Assembly: GCA_013239625.1 (NCBI GenBank)
Contig: MU053594.1
Coordinates: 522,355 to 586,354, forward strand
Direction: 5' to 3'
Length of the DNA stretch: 64,000 nt
DNA from: Lama guanicoe
Lineage: Eukaryota
The position numbers and the translations under genes were made by a program. The notes beneath the pieces were generated by a model, which worked only from the letters and a program-made list of their open reading frames with translations, was not told where the DNA came from and made no database searches. Numbering within the stretch: position 1 is the stretch's first letter; each line of letters starts with the position of its first letter. Below, one piece after another: positions 26,323 through 40,030 of the stretch.

Positions 26323-26364
26323 GTGTGTGTGAGTGTGTGTGTGTGTGTGTGTGTTTGTGTGTGT
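26323..26364 (+). repeat. Imperfect (TG)n microsatellite
   Basis: Directly visible. Confidence 0.95.
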
Positions 26365-29300
26365 AACACTGCACGGCTGCTGTTTGGATTTGAGAGAAGC
26401 CTGCTTTCTGTCTGAGGAAATGTCTCAGCTGATGGGGCCCTTAGGGACTTTGCTGATGGACTCTTCAGACAGACCTGGTTAGCGGAGTGGCAGAGCGGGG
26501 TCCAGATTCCCAGGTAACTGTTCTTTACTGTCTTCAGAGAACACAGAAAGTCTATTTTGAGAGTAAACCCCTGGGTGGCGAGAGGACAGACAGTTGCTGG
26601 TTGCTCTGGAGGGTGGTGTCGTCTGTCCCCGGTCGAGCATGTGTGAGCCGGTCTTCCTGGGGCTCAGAGGAGGCCTGGACTCCGAGTGCCTGTGCAGAGG
26701 CTGGACGCACCTCCAGCCCCATTGATGCCGGAGTCTGGGAGCTGGGAGGTGGAGCCGGGGGAGGGGGGCCAGCTGCCTCTGTGGCTGATTTCATCATAGC
26801 AGGGTATGTGTGTGGGAGCCCGTGTTCCTTCTCTCCGCTTAATCCAAACCATATTAAAAACAAGCCTCTCTCGGGGCTTCTGTTAATAATAAGTGGTTGT
26901 TGCTGCTGCCTCGAGTAGGGGGATTTGTTCGCCTTTCATTCATTCCTCCTCATCCTTATCCCTCCTCCTCTGCTGCTGCGCCCGTGGATGGCAGGAGGAG
27001 GAAAATAGAGAGATGGTTAACATGCGTTAAAATGGATTTTTAAAACGAGGATTTAACTTTTTAAGAGCTCTTGCCTGGGTTTCTCTATGACCTTGAACCT
27101 GGTACCTGGGCTTCCCAGGGAGGAGGAGGAGGGGTTTATGGGCTTCGTGAGAGGTTCTTGGTGTGAGGCTGGGAGAATCTGGGGTGCCAGGGCCCTGGGG
27201 CTTGAGTGCAAATCCCCCCACTACACGGCATGGCTCTGGAGACAGAGTCCCAGCTCTGCCGGTTTTGCTGTTTGAACCGTGGCCAGACCTGTCACTTCTG
27301 TTTCCATTATTCTCAGCTGCACACCATCCTATGGGTCTGTCCACACAGGGCAGTAATGAGGATTAGAAGAGATAAGGGCTGGGAAAGCACTTTGAGCATG
27401 GCTAAGCGGGGAGCAGGTGCTGGCATGGGGATTACCAGTATTACAGCAAACCCTGCTCCTCTGGAAAAGGAAGGGGCGTGGGGATAAGAAGGGGACCCCC
27501 TCCTCCTTTCCAGAAGGTGGTGGGCTAATGGGGGGATTCCTGAGGATGGACTGGAGGAGAGCAGGACCGCAGGGCCCCGTGACCTACAGGAGCGGCTGTT
27601 TGGTGACAATTGCATCTGAGAGCCGCGCGGCTCCGCGTGGGTGCAGAGCCCTGCGCTGCCTGTCTGCCAGCCTCTCCAGCTGGAGCGCATTAGTGAAACC
27701 TCTGCCTGGCGCCAGCTTTCTCTGCGGGGCCCTTGATTAGGCTCTGTCTCTAGGCCAGGGATGCAAATAGGCAGTGCAAAGAGCTGGGTCTGGGCTCTCG
27801 GGCCCGGTGAGGCCAGCCTCCCTTCCACGTGTGATGCCAGGAACAGATCCATCATTGCCTCGGCCTCAGCCATGCTGGGCTGGGCTTCTGCCTTCAAATA
27901 CCCTTCTTCAGAGGGAGTTCAAGACATGTCCCCTCCCACCCTCACCCCAAGAAATGGGCCCTTCGTCTCTGGCTCCACCTTCTCTCCGCTCCGGACATGA
28001 GGAAGAAGATTTGGATGCCCTGTGGCTTTTCTCTTCATCTCAGACCACCGCCCCCAACTCCCCTCAACATCGCGGAAGTTTTGAATTCTGGGTGAGAAGG
28101 ACTAGAGAGACCAGCCAGTCCAGCTCCCGGCCCCTGTAGGCCTCCCCCTGCCCCCCAGTCCTATTGTCAGCTTTTAAACAAGGTTGAGTGCTTCAGAGCC
28201 CGGGCTTGGGGAGGAAGAAACTCAACGACTCCAGAATAGAAACACCATATTCAAGTGGGTTAAAACTCCAGCCCTGACATTTAATTAGCATCTTTTTCAG
28301 CTCCCACACTTGAAGAGTACCTGTTATTTCTTTTCTTTTACTCACAATACACTGTAAGCCAGGAGCATTTTCCTGAGCTCCCGAACCTCTCATCAGAAGT
28401 CAATCACTTTGGAAGCATGAGAAATCCTTCTGCAAGCCTGCCGAGGATTGTGGCTCTGGAAGGGAGGGGCTTCCCGACAGGTGATAAGGAGACAATGGTG
28501 AGGGCAGGCGCCCCATACAAGCTCCCAGGTTTCAGTTGGCCCACCCACATCCCCATCTCCCTCAACATGTCACCTCTCCAAGTGAGTAGGGCGCCTAATG
28601 AACCCCTAAACCATTTGCCTCTGACAGTGGCAAACAGAGAGCCCAGGGCAGCCCTGCCTGCTGGGTCATGCTGGGAGCTGCTGGGAGCTGCTGGGAACAG
28701 AGTGGTGCTGCACACAGACTCTTCTCATACATACAGCAAATGCAGTGGCAGTAAGTGCCATGAAGAGGGGTATAAAGCCCAGCCTGGGCAAGTCTGGGAG
28801 GTCAGAGGGTCGTGGGTAGGCGGAGATCATGACCATAAGATGAGGTAGAAGAAATGGTCTGTGCTAATGCCCTGAGGCAGGAGGGAGCTGGGAGGGCTGA
28901 GGGATGGAACAAAGCGTTTCTCACATCTACTCCTTTCTGCCCAGCTGCAACGGTCCTGCCTCAGGCCTGGTCACACATTAGCTTCCTTTTATTCCTTCAG
29001 TTTATATTATTTTATTTATTAATTTTTTTTAAATTGAAATATAGTCAGTTTATAATGTTGTGTCAATTTCTGGTGTACAGCATAACGTTTCAGTCATATA
29101 TATACAGACAGATTCCTTTTCATATTCTATTTTATTTTTTATTGAAGTATATTTACAATGTGAAATCGATTTACAATGTGTTAGTTTCTGGTGTACAGCA
29201 TAGTGATTCAGTTATATATATATCTGTATCTATCTATATATAGATAGATCATAACACCCCATTATCCAGAAGCAGATAGTGTCTCCTCCAGGCTCACTGA

Positions 29301-30699
29301 ACTAAGTAAGGCCCTGTGCCCTGTGGTCCCCATTGTCCCCTTGTTTCTCATCACTTTCCCGCTGTGGCCTCAGTACAGCCGCATGGGGCCCCTCACTCTC
29401 CCACAAACACCCCGTGCTCTCCTGCCCCGACACCTGTGCTGTTGCCTGCAGCTGCCCCCTGTCCCTTCTGTGAAGGCTGGAGACATCCTGCCCAGACTTC
29501 AGTTTCCTTCCCAAATACTGCTCTTCTGGGAAGACTTTTGACGCCAGCGTCCCAACTCCACCAGCACGTGGGTCCACCGGGGCGCTGGCCACTCAGCAGA
29601 GGCCGTAAGGAACGTGCCGTGGCTGCCAGGCTGAGGCTGGCGGCCGGGGGAGTCCAGCTGAGGCCCGACAGCAGCCCTTCTCCGGGAGGTCTCAGAAGGA
29701 TGCTCATTAATTTTGCCTGAAGCTCCTCACCCGACCCCATCCTGACCTGCCTCGCCCACCTCTTGAGGGAGGTACCGGCTTGCTCTTGCTTAGCTGAGCT
29801 GGTTCATTGCCTGGAGGACTTAGTGCCCACCTTGCTGCCATGTTTGCTGCTTTCTTCTGCTTGTTCTGCCAGAAAGGAGGGGGCGTTCGTGGAGATGTGA
29901 AATTATGGGAAGAGCGTGGAGACACCTGTGTTCAGATTCAGCCCTGCCGTCTGTTAGAGGTCTACTCTGAGGCACGTCACCCAACCATTCTATTCCATGG
30001 AGACAGCCAGACTCCCTTTTAGCTGTGTTGTGAAGGTTAAATGGCATAAACGAGCTCAGGCGATGGGCTAGGTGCATAGCGGTTACTTGTAGGACCTGCC
30101 AAGACAGAGGTGTTCTTCCTCGCTGAACTAAGCCTGAATGTGATTATTTTAATTACCTTGGGATAGAAGTTTTGAGCTCTGAGAAACAGAGTCCTGGCTT
30201 TCAATCTTCTCCCCAACTCCTCCACTCCCCATCCAAAACACCTGAGCAGGATTTAGACATTGCTCACGCCGTTCATCCTCTGCTGGGGTGGGGTTGTGTC
30301 ACATGTGGCCCTGGATCCTGAGGTGCTTTAGCTGGGGGGAGTGCCAGAGCATCTTGGGGTGGGGGGTGTGCCCACCACCCACAGCCGTCCTCCGTGGACC
30401 CACCGAGGGGACGAGAGGTCCTTTGTCTCTTCCGTCACGCACCCGGGGCAGAACTGTGGGCCCTGTGTAACATCCTTCACTAGGGTCGGCGAAATGTCTG
30501 AGGAAAGTCTCTTTTTGCTCAGAAATAATGCTCTGAAGTCAGACAGGCCTGCATGTAAATTCTGACCCCGTGATTTATTCACTGGGAAACCCTGGGCAAG
30601 TTACGTCATCTCTAACTTGGTTTTATCTACAATAAAACACGAATAGAATTATGAAACACAAACGTGTATTTAAAACACCTCGGACGTTGCCTGGCCCCA

Positions 30700-31770
30700 T
30701 GAAGTCCCTATTTATTCACCCAGCACATGGTTTCCAGAGCCCACTGTGTACCGAGAGCAGTTCGGGTGCTGGGGGTCATGGACCAGCATTTCTGCCTTTT
30801 GGAGCTTACATTCCAGGAGGGAGTGGGAGACAGACTACAGACGACAAAGAATACAGCGGGGTCAGGGGTTGGGGTGCTGGCAGAGGTGGGGGACTGCAAC
30901 TTAAGGGGAGTGGCCAAGGCATGTCTCAATGGGGAAGTGACATTTAAGCAAAGACACCAAGGAGCTGAGGTCATGAGCCTGGTGCATTGAGGGTAGGGCT
31001 CTCCTGGCAGAGGGCTGAGCCAGTGCAAAGTCCCTGAGGCAGGAGTGCACCTTCTGTATCTGCGGGGCAACAAGGGGCCTGCAGGGCCAGAGAAGAGTGA
31101 GGAAAAGGGGAGTCGTGGGAAGTCAAGGGACAATAGGGCGCAGGAGGTGGACTGGGTGAGTGCAGACTGGGTGGGGCTCTGCAAGCCATTGTCAGGATTC
31201 AACTCTTTCTCCTAGAGGCTAGGGGCCACTTGGAGGGCTTTGGGTGGACGGGTGACATCGTCTGACTGACACTTTCTCAGGATTACTCCGGGTGCTCTAC
31301 TGAGAATATTCCCTCTACAAGCAAACGAGGAAAGAGTGGTGTCGGCGGGAAGTATCTGCAAAGATCCAAGCTAGAGATTAGGGGGGCTTGGCCCAGGGTG
31401 CGAGCAGAGGGACTAGTCAGGAGTGGCTGGATTCTGAATACATTCTGAAGCTAGAACTTGCAGGACTCCCTGACAGGTTGGATGTGGGGAGTGAGAGAAC
31501 GAGGGAGGTTAAAGTTTCTGTCCTGAGCAATGATTGGAAGACAACAGGCCTGGAGGGGTTTGTGGGGTGAGATCAGCAGTTCTGTTTTTTGGACATGTCA
31601 CCTTTGAGAGGCCTATTACACGCTATGTAAGTCTGGAGTTCAGAAGACTGAGCTGGTCTGGAGACATAAACAGGAGTCATCAGCACAGAGATGGGATTTA
31701 AAGCTGGGAGGATGGGAGCGATGCCAAGGGATTCAACGTGGATTGAGTAGAGATAAGGACCAAGGACAGA
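30700..31770 (-). mobile_element. L2 fragment
   Basis: tggagcttacattccag...cagtgcaaagtccctgaggcaggag...ttggatgtggggagtgagag...tttggacatg. Confidence 0.8.
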
Positions 31771-32359
31771 GCCTTGGATTCTCCGGCCAGGATTCAAATC
31801 AGTGAGTGTTAAATACTCAAGTAACATATATTATGATGTTTCATTCTCTCAGCACCAAACTCCCTCTTTGTTTTTCTGAACAAAGTCTGTGGCCTTCCTT
31901 ATTTTCAGATCATCTATCTATCGGTCTGTCTGTCTGTCTATCTATCTCTGAACCTTCTTTCAGGTATATTCTTTGTATTCTAAAACTCTGATTTGCTTTA
32001 AAAATATAGACTTGAATCTCTTTTCAAATAGATATTTTGCCCTGTTTTCGATCACCCCAGATGTATCGTCTGCATATTAACAGTCTTTGGGAGTTTGTTT
32101 ACTTGGTGTATAAGACTCACCTCCCCTGTTGAGCCCAAAACAATTCCTGAAAAAGCACACGGGTGGGGAGTCTTAGGTGGTCCCCATGAATGAAAGGGAA
32201 CTCGTGCAACTGAGACCTTTGGAACTGAGGTCGAGTCTCTGGCCTCCAGCGGGTGGTTAATCTCACTCATCTCATTCTGCGTGCAGATCTTGAGGAAATG
32301 ATAAAAACCAAACCAAACCAACAAAAGTCAACAACAGCAACAAACACACCTGAAATTCC

Positions 32360-32518
32360 CTTTTTAAAATTTTTATTTTGGTGGGGAGGGAGGTAATTAG
32401 GTATTTGTTCATTTATATGGTGGTACTGGGGTTTGAATCCAAGAAGTCGTGCCTGCTAAGCGTATGCCCTATCATGATCTGTAAGCATCCTCTCCTCCAC
32501 TGAGTTGTAGCCTCCCCC
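32360..32518 (-). mobile_element. Vic-1-like SINE (diverged)
   Basis: ggtactggggtttgaatcc...tgctaagc...ccactgagttgtagcctcccc. Confidence 0.75.
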
Positions 32519-33336
32519 TAAAATTCTGAGTCTGAAATCTTATTTTCACAGCAGTTGCTGAGGGCAGCCAGGACTGTGGGAACCCACCCCAGCTTCAGAG
32601 CCGCTCTCACCGCTGTGCCGTCTCCCTGCATCTCCCTGGGAACAGCTGGGAGAGAAGTTACCTGCTTCCTCTCTATGCAAAAACCTGGTATTTGGGTAAA
32701 ATACGTCTTAGGAAGTTATGTTTCGTGGAACAGGTCATCTTCTTCTGAAAGGACTGTAGTCTTTATCAGAGACTGGGCTGTCAGGAGGTGCTGTGGCTTT
32801 TAGAGTTTAATGAGTAAATTCAAATGTTGGATGGAAATTAAGCTCAATATTAATTCTAGCTTCAAAGGGCAAAGAGCAAAGGAGATAGTGAAACAGCCAT
32901 GAGGCTTTTTTTTTTTTCTTTTTTTGACTAGACAAACCTATTGCCAGCATGCAGACAGAATGTGATGGCTTTTTGATGACTTCTGCCAGGCCACAGGGAA
33001 GTAAAAACATACTGGTGTAAAGAGGAAGGACTCCTCTCAATGCAGACCTGGGGTGGACCACCACAGTCTACCTATTCAAGAGCTCGCCTGCTCTCTGCAG
33101 TGCTCCACTGTCCTCAGACTGGGCCGGACAATGAGTGGCCTCAGATGGCAGCCACGTGAATCTTTGACAGATACATCAGGAGGGGCTGCCATGGCTCAGC
33201 CCTCACCTGCCTGCAATAATCCTCCCCATCAGACTGAGCTCGGCCTCTGGAGGAGCCAAATTCTATTAGCAGGAGACATTTGTATTTCCATACCTGCCCT
33301 TCTAATCACCAGACTCCTTCCAGTGGGTTAATTGAA

Positions 33337-33390
33337 ATTCTCATGCAAATACATTAGTTACAAACACAGCCTCTCTCTTCACATGCAAAT
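33337..33390 (+). promoter_or_regulatory. Paired octamer (ATGCAAAT) motifs with Sox-like 5' flanks
   Basis: ATGCAAAT at 33343-33350 and 33383-33390 in repeat-free DNA. Confidence 0.4.
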
Positions 33391-35394
33391 GCCATCAATA
33401 GGTACCGAGATGAATTGCATAGTGGTAAAGAAAAAGGAATTCTTTTTTTTTTAATTGAAGTATACTTGGTTCACATGTTAATTTCTGGTGTACAGCTTAG
33501 TGATTTAGTTGAAGATATGTGTGTATATATATATATATATTCCTTTTCATATTCTTTTTCATTAAAAAAGGAATTCATTATAATGTGGCTTTGGAGGTGA
33601 AAACTTAACAGCCTCATGTGTGTCACACAAGTAAGCTAAGCTTGCCTGGGAGTCTGACACAACATACTCTCTGTTACCGTCCGCAGCAAACAATTGCTCT
33701 AAGACCCAGGGCATTTCCCGCGGGAAGCCCTCCTTGTTCAGTACATGGCACACTCTCTGCTCCCTTGCTCCCTCTTCCCAGTACGCATGCCCCATAGCAG
33801 GTTAGGTCACTGTTTTGAATTTGCCCACACTGTGCTCTGCAAGTGCTTTCCTTGTAAGCTTGAGACTGGAAAGATGCCCTGTCCTCCTTCCACCCACCTA
33901 TGCTTAGTTGATTAGATGCTCAACACCAGAAGGGATTTTTGAGACCATCTAATGACACTCCTTCACTGTTCGGTTCGGGAGACTGAGACCTGGAGCAGAG
34001 AGATGAGTGGTCCAAAATGACCCTGATGCAGTAGAGCGGGACCTAGAGTTATACCAGCCCCGAGGAAGTGCCTAGAGACAGCAAGGTGGTGCATCTCAGC
34101 ACAGCCTGAGTCTGGCAGGACAAAGGCCCAATTACCGTCTTCAGACTTTCAAAATGTCAGACTCAGCTTATCGGAAATCTTTTTCAACTGAAGCATTAGC
34201 TGGACCAAAGGGAGTCAGAGGCAGGAATCACCGGGGCTGGTGGAGGAGGCAACCAGGGGCTCACAATTACAGGTCCCTTTGCAAAATCACAAACACTCCA
34301 ATGGGCAGGTCTGGGAACCCTCCCCATGTGCTGATGCTTCAAGATCTGTATCCCTTCTGCACACCAAGAGGCTGTTGAAAGCAGGCTATTATCATCTCCA
34401 GCCACGGCCACAGTGAACTTCATTATCTGGGCCCTCTGGTTAGCCATACTGTCAGTTCAGACATGGGTCCCACTAGAACCACCCAGGAGAGGAATCTAAA
34501 GTCAGACAGATGCCTGAGTTGGTATCCAGCTCCTCCCGGCTTCCTTGACAGACCTCAGGTGGTCAGTTAACCTTTTTGAGCCCAAGTTTCCTCATCTTTA
34601 GAAGGTGGATAAGTCTCATCTCTTGGGGCTGAGTGGAGCATTAATTGAGGAAATATATGTAAAGAACCTGGAATCTAGTAAGCTCTCAGTGAATGGCAGC
34701 TGGTTTCATTGAGGTTATTAGCATTACCCCTGGGAAAGGAATTGCGCCAATGTTCCCATTTTACTAAACCTGTTAGAAGCCTGCTGTGTGTTGTCGATAC
34801 AGGCAATAAGATACACACAGGATCAAAGGGAGAAGAAACCATCTGCAGACAGAGTCTCCATTTACCACCAGATGTGATGCTGTTTATTCTTGTAGACCCC
34901 TAAGGATCACCTTCTTGCAGGAAATCTTTCATGTGGCTGCTCCGTAGTTAAGAGACTACAATGACTTTTGAGGGGGAAATTCTACAGTTAGACTTTTTGT
35001 TCATTCAGACTGGACTTTGCTCTGGTTAATCCTCATTAATGAGATTGGTCCACAGGTTAAGAAGGCCCAATTGACTGACTGCACGTGACCTAGAAGCTTT
35101 CACAGCTATTTTACTGCAGCTTCACAGCCTTGCTAGGTAGGCGTTACTATGGTCATTTACAAGATGAGACATTGCAGCCAAAGAACCGTCAAGGGAACAC
35201 TTTTCTCGTTTGAGATCACAGGCAGACCTCTGGCACTGCAACACAAGTCACTATGATGCACCATTCAGCAAACTGCCTTAGTCTGTTTTCTTCAAAAGGC
35301 AGCTTTACCCTCCAGAGCGCTAGTAACAGCTGGAGTGAGCTCAGGCCAATCAGAGCAGCTGCGAGGGGGCTGAGGCGGACACTCAGGACCTCAG

Positions 35395-35745
35395 TGGTCC
35401 TACTAAAGAGAAATTGCCCTGGATTAGATGAATCTCAAACATTGCAGGGAAGACTTTATTTAGGACTACTGCAATAGAGGAGAGAGATTGAACTCAACCC
35501 TGAATACAACAGAGGCTGCTGGCAATATATAGCCAGGGTGATGGAGAAGATGGAAAATCACTAAGAGGAACTTGGTTAGGTGTCAAGGGTAGGGGGATGA
35601 GAAACTTGATGAGGACCTGGGTTAGGAGGATTCTTGCTAAAATGGCTCAGCAGGCCAAGAGTGGAGCAAAGGACAGGACTCACTGGAAAAGAGGGCTCCA
35701 AAGAGCTTGACTAAAGTTTGGTTCAGGAGCAAGCCATTGTCAGTC
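35395..35745 (-). mobile_element. ERV LTR fragment
   Basis: gaagactttatttaggactactgcaatagaggagagagattgaactcaac...gactaaagtttggt. Confidence 0.55.
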
Positions 35746-35910
35746 CACTATGGCAGACAGCAAAAAAAGGGTCATGTTTCTCGACTCTTCCCTGTATCTG
35801 TGCCTTTTTGTAATATGACTTTGCAGCAATTCTGATCAAGAGGTGGATCTGGGCTGGCTTTATGACCTGCTTCAGCCTGTAGCTCCATAACTTAAAAACT
35901 GGTTGAAGTC

Positions 35911-36236
35911 ATCAGAGTGGCTATCATTAAAAAGTCTGCAAATAATAAATGCTAGAGAGGATGTGGAAAAAAGGGAACCCTCCTACCCTGTTGGTGAGAA
36001 TGTAAATTGGTACAGCCATTATGGAGAACAGTATAGATGTTCCTTAAAAAATTAAAAACAGACTTACCAAATGAACTAACAATTCCACTCCTGGGCATAT
36101 ATCCAGAGAAAACTCCAATTTGAAAAGATACATGCACCCCAGTGTTCAAAGCAGCATGATTTACAATAGCCAAGACACGGAAGCAAACTAAATGTCCATT
36201 AACAGATGACTAGATAAAGAAGTGGTCATATACACA

Positions 36237-36285
<49 letters not shown>

Positions 36286-36740
36286 CTCAGTCATAACAAC
36301 ATGGATGGACCTGGAGATCATTGTTCTAAGTTAGGTAAGCGAGAAAGAGAAAGAAAAATGCCATATGGTATGACTTACATGTGGAATCTGAAAAAAAAAA
36401 AAAAAGACACAAATGAACTTCTTTACAAAACAGAAACAGACTCACAGACATAGAAAACAAACTTATGATTACCATAGGGGAAAGGGGAGGAGGGATAAAT
36501 TAGGGGTTTGGGATTAACAGGTACACATTACTATATATAAAATAGATGAATAACTAGGACCTACTGTATAGCCCAGGGAACTGTATTCATAATCTTTTAA
36601 TAACCTATAGTGGAAAAGAGTCTGAAAAAGAATATATATATATTATATATATTTATATCTGAATCATTATGCTGTAATTTAAAATTAACACAATATTGTA
36701 AATCAACTATACTTCAATAAAAAATAAAATAAAATAAAAT
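35911..36740 (+). mobile_element. 5'-truncated L1 with A-rich tail and ~20-bp target-site duplication (TSD)
   Basis: ORF2 end and 3'UTR; flanks acttaaaaactggttgaagtc (35890-35910) and acttaaaactggctgaggtc (36741-36760); internal (CA)n. Confidence 0.9.
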
Positions 36741-37479
36741 ACTTAAAACTGGCTGAGGTCCTTGGGGACTTTCAGCAATCAGTGATGTCTGTTTGTTTTT
36801 TGTTTTTTTGTTGCACCCCGTGCGTGCATTACTTTTTCAAGAACATTAACTAAATGTTTTTTTAAAATCTAAATCACAAAGCAACAAGTAATGACACCAT
36901 AATGAAACGGTCATGTAATAAAAAGAAAACATATGCATAAAAAATACTTAGCATGGAAAAAATTTTAATTAAAAATAAAATTGTTTCTTTTCATGTTCCT
37001 GCAGTTCTCTTACTGAGATCCTTTTTTTCGCCTTTTGTTTGGATTCAGATCAACAGAGTGGGCCAGTGGCTGATTTTGGTGATGTACATATAAGACCCTC
37101 CCTTATAAAGTGCAGCCCAGGGCTTAGGCACCCAGATGACACCACTTAACTCTAAACCTATGGGGTAGATAGTATTATCATTGATGAAGTAACTAAGGCA
37201 CAGAGAAGTAAGTAACCTGCTTGAGGTCACAGTATATGTTGTTTTGTGTTTTCCTCTGAAAGTCCTCTTCTTTCGGAAAGAAGGAAGAAAAAGGAATTTC
37301 ATAAAAACAAAACAAAAAACCCCAACAGATACCCTCAGATCCAACTCAGAGAGACAAGGATGGAGGGCACAGGCATGAGCAAAGCCAAGCCAAGCAGCAC
37401 TGCCCGTGGGCACAAACCTCGACCCAGGCCCAGAAAGTTAACACAGGTCAGTTTGGGGAGGTTTTAGGAGCTCGCATGG

Positions 37480-37760
37480 TGCCGCGTTTCTTGACCAATG
37501 ATTCATGGAAAAGTTGAGTTGCAGTGAGCGTGTGTGTGCGTGCGCATGTGCGAGTGCGTGAGTATGTGGCCCCGGCCTGTGCCCAGGAGGAGGCAAGTGA
37601 GGCAGGCAGGATGAAAAACAGAAGGAGCCCTCAAGTGGTCTCCTCCCCCGTGCTTGCGCCTGCGCAGTGGGGGTGGGCACGCTCATCAAAGGTCTCCCAT
37701 CTTCTTTTTTGTCTCACCACGGTCAAGGGACAGAATGATTGTTTAAACCTTCTTTTCCCT
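37480..37760 (-). pseudogene. iGluR pseudo-exon, S2 end and M4
   Basis: ctgttccttttag| in phase 2; LTVVRQKRRW resembles LDVLKQKWW; AQAQARGRRPLEGSFC/FILPASL resembles GluD1 SAQADGKSL..FAGVFCILAIGL; interrupted by a CA/CG-rich tract. The 3' end is uncertain. Confidence 0.6.
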
Positions 37761-37897
37761 CTAAAAGGAACAGTTGGAGCGCAGGGTGCATATGGAGGAA
37801 CATACGCAGTGGGGCTCTGGTGGGCGTGCACACTCCACACGAATGAAGCCATTCCCACCACGAGTCATATTTTGTTTCGTTTTCACTCCTAATGGAC

Positions 37898-38036
37898 CGC
37901 TGGTTAAAGGCAGGAAGCATAAGGAACGCTGGTGTCGGAATTCACAAAGGCAGGGAGAGCGATAGTCTTGCTCAAACCAGCAAGCTGCTTTTAGCTAATC
38001 AGAATTCTGAGAGAGCACTTTCAGGCGTCTCTAGTA
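37898..38036 (-). pseudogene. iGluR pseudo-exon, S2 second part
   Basis: Composite ESALSEF*LAK/ACWFE/KTIALPAFVNSDTSVPY/AFNQR|gt resembles GluD2 [42 protein letters not shown]|; ends CAG CG|gt in phase 2. Confidence 0.6.
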
Positions 38037-38944
38037 CTTCGAAAACCAATATTAAAAAAAGAAAAAAAATTGCATTTCATTTTGGCTTTTCATTTGCTGG
38101 GAATAAATATTATTCATGAAGGTTTTGTTTGCAGAGGGATGCTTTAAAGTAGCAGCCTGAAACCTTCTCTCCTATCTTGTTTAGAAACAAAATATGAAAA
38201 AATTTAAAAAAAAAGCCAGTTTAATTTTTAAAGTGCAAAATGCAGTCATTTCAAGCATCAGGTCATCAAAGCAGGTTTTTGATGCCGTAATACCTAGTTA
38301 AAATTTTATCTGCATTTTAATACACATTCGGGCCCCAAACCAAGCATAGTAGTCTGAGATGCTTTAAATTCCTTAGGGGATTCGTAGATCATCTTACTGT
38401 GAAATGGCAGAGAAACGTTACTGTGAAAGAAAGAGTCCAGGCTTTGGAGCCAGGCAGGACTGGCTTGCAGAGCCTTCTTGGCTTCTCCAAGGGCAAGCTT
38501 CTCAGCTGTTAGCCTCAGGTCTCCCATCTGGAACAACAGGGCTGGGAAGAGTAGATGAGTGTGTATGCAAAGTGGGTGCTTAATAGATGAGATCTTTCCA
38601 TGAGTGGCAAGTCGTTGTCATTTAGGTTTTGGTCAGTTATCTTCCCTGACAACCAATTTAATTGCCCTTCCTTCACCTGCCCCCATGCCTACAGCTGTGT
38701 CCTGAGACATTATCCTGTTTTCCCTGCATCTGTAGAACTTACTGCTGTCTGACGTGATCTCTTTCACTTATTCGTTTTACTGTCTGCTGCCCATATTGGA
38801 ATGCGAGGTCCAGGAGAGCAAGGATGGCTTCTGTTTTCTTTATCTTTGCCTTTTCTGTATTTAAAATAGCCTGAAGCGTTATACATGCTCCATAAATATT
38901 TGTTGAATGACTTTCTCTTTTCCTTCTTTCATAACTGACTGTGA

Positions 38945-39150
38945 CAGACTGGGCCAGTCTGGTCTTCCACCTGTTTTGCGAATAAAGTTTTATTGGGACA
39001 CAGCCATGCTCACTTGCTTACATATTGTCTGTGGCTACTTTTGTGCTCCAGCCGCTGAGTTGAGTGGTTGCAGAGATGGAAGAGCTCGCAAGCCTAAAAT
39101 AGTTACTATCTGGATAGCCCTGTATAGAAAAAGTTTGCTAATTTCTGGTC
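38945..39150. mobile_element. MER58A-like DNA transposon
   Basis: aataaagttttattgggacacagccatgctcac...gcctaaaatagttactatctgg...gaaaaagtttgc. Confidence 0.85.
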
Positions 39151-39397
39151 AGATTGAGCTCTGACATCTTTGTACTGCTGATGCTCCTAGTCTGCGAAAC
39201 ATCCACACAACGTCCACTGCTCTGTGCAATAACAAATAGCCGATTGGTTTTCTGGAACTTCTTTAACGTTTCCTATTAGGCCATGAATTGGCTTTGATTG
39301 TGGAGTTTATACTAATGGCGCCTTCCTTTCTCCATTCCTTCCCAGCCTTCTCCCCAGAAGGATGTAAGCCCTAAATGGTATAATTACTGTCACCTAC

Positions 39398-39554
39398 CTT
39401 GAGATTTTCTGTAACTTTTTCTTGACACTGGCAACTTCAATTCTAGGATGGGATTGCCTTAATGTGGCACATGGAGCATGCTTGGCTTTGGAATGGATAA
39501 ATGTTTCTGGCTGGTATTGCTCCAACTTCAATGTCACAAAACATCAGCTGAGAA
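39398..39554 (-). pseudogene. iGluR pseudo-exon, S2 first part
   Basis: Strong sites ccctcctcctcctccag| and caag|gtaggt. SQLMFCDIEVGAIPARNIYPF/..LRQSHPRIEVASVKKKLQKI resembles DLSKQTEI(E)YG(A/T)V...[20 protein letters not shown]; one frameshift. Confidence 0.68.
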
Positions 39555-39875
39555 CTGGAGGAGGAGGAGGGGGAGGGCGGCAGGTTCCTTATTTCTCCGG
39601 GAAGCCTCTTCCCTTTTTAAGCTCCCTGCCCACACAGTTCCACAAAGGACTGTATTTCAGGAGTGAGGCCACGTGGTATACTTGAAAGCACATCGGGTTT
39701 TGGCTTCAGAGAGATTTTGGTTCACGGTCCATATCTGCCACATACTAGTTACACAATTTTGGACTCATAACATAATCTTTCTGCACCTCCATTTCTGCAT
39801 CTGTGAAGTGGAGGTACCGATTACCACCTCAGAAAGGAGATGGAATAGCAGTGGTCATTTAATAAATACTATTTG

Positions 39876-40030
39876 AGGAAAAGGGTACAGCTCAGGGGTA
39901 GAGTGCGTGCTTAGCGTGCATGAGATTGCGGGTTCAATCCCCAGTACCTCTATCAGAAATAAATAAAGAAATGAACCTAATTGCCCTCTCCAAAAAATTT
40001 TAAAAAACAACAGAAATTAATTTTTAAAAA
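39876..40030 (+). mobile_element. Vic-1-like SINE
   Basis: agggtacagctcaggggtagagtgcgtgcttagc...ggttcaatccccagtacctc. Confidence 0.85.

Noticed and set aside
29520..29700. RPLLSGQRPGGPTCWW as the iGluR M2-M3 linker
   Set aside because: Out of colinear order, no ANL motif and no splice support.
39160..39273. CVDVSQTRSISS as the second S2 exon (cf. GluD1 NSISSK)
   Set aside because: 37898-38036 gives a longer match with the expected terminal phase; probably chance.
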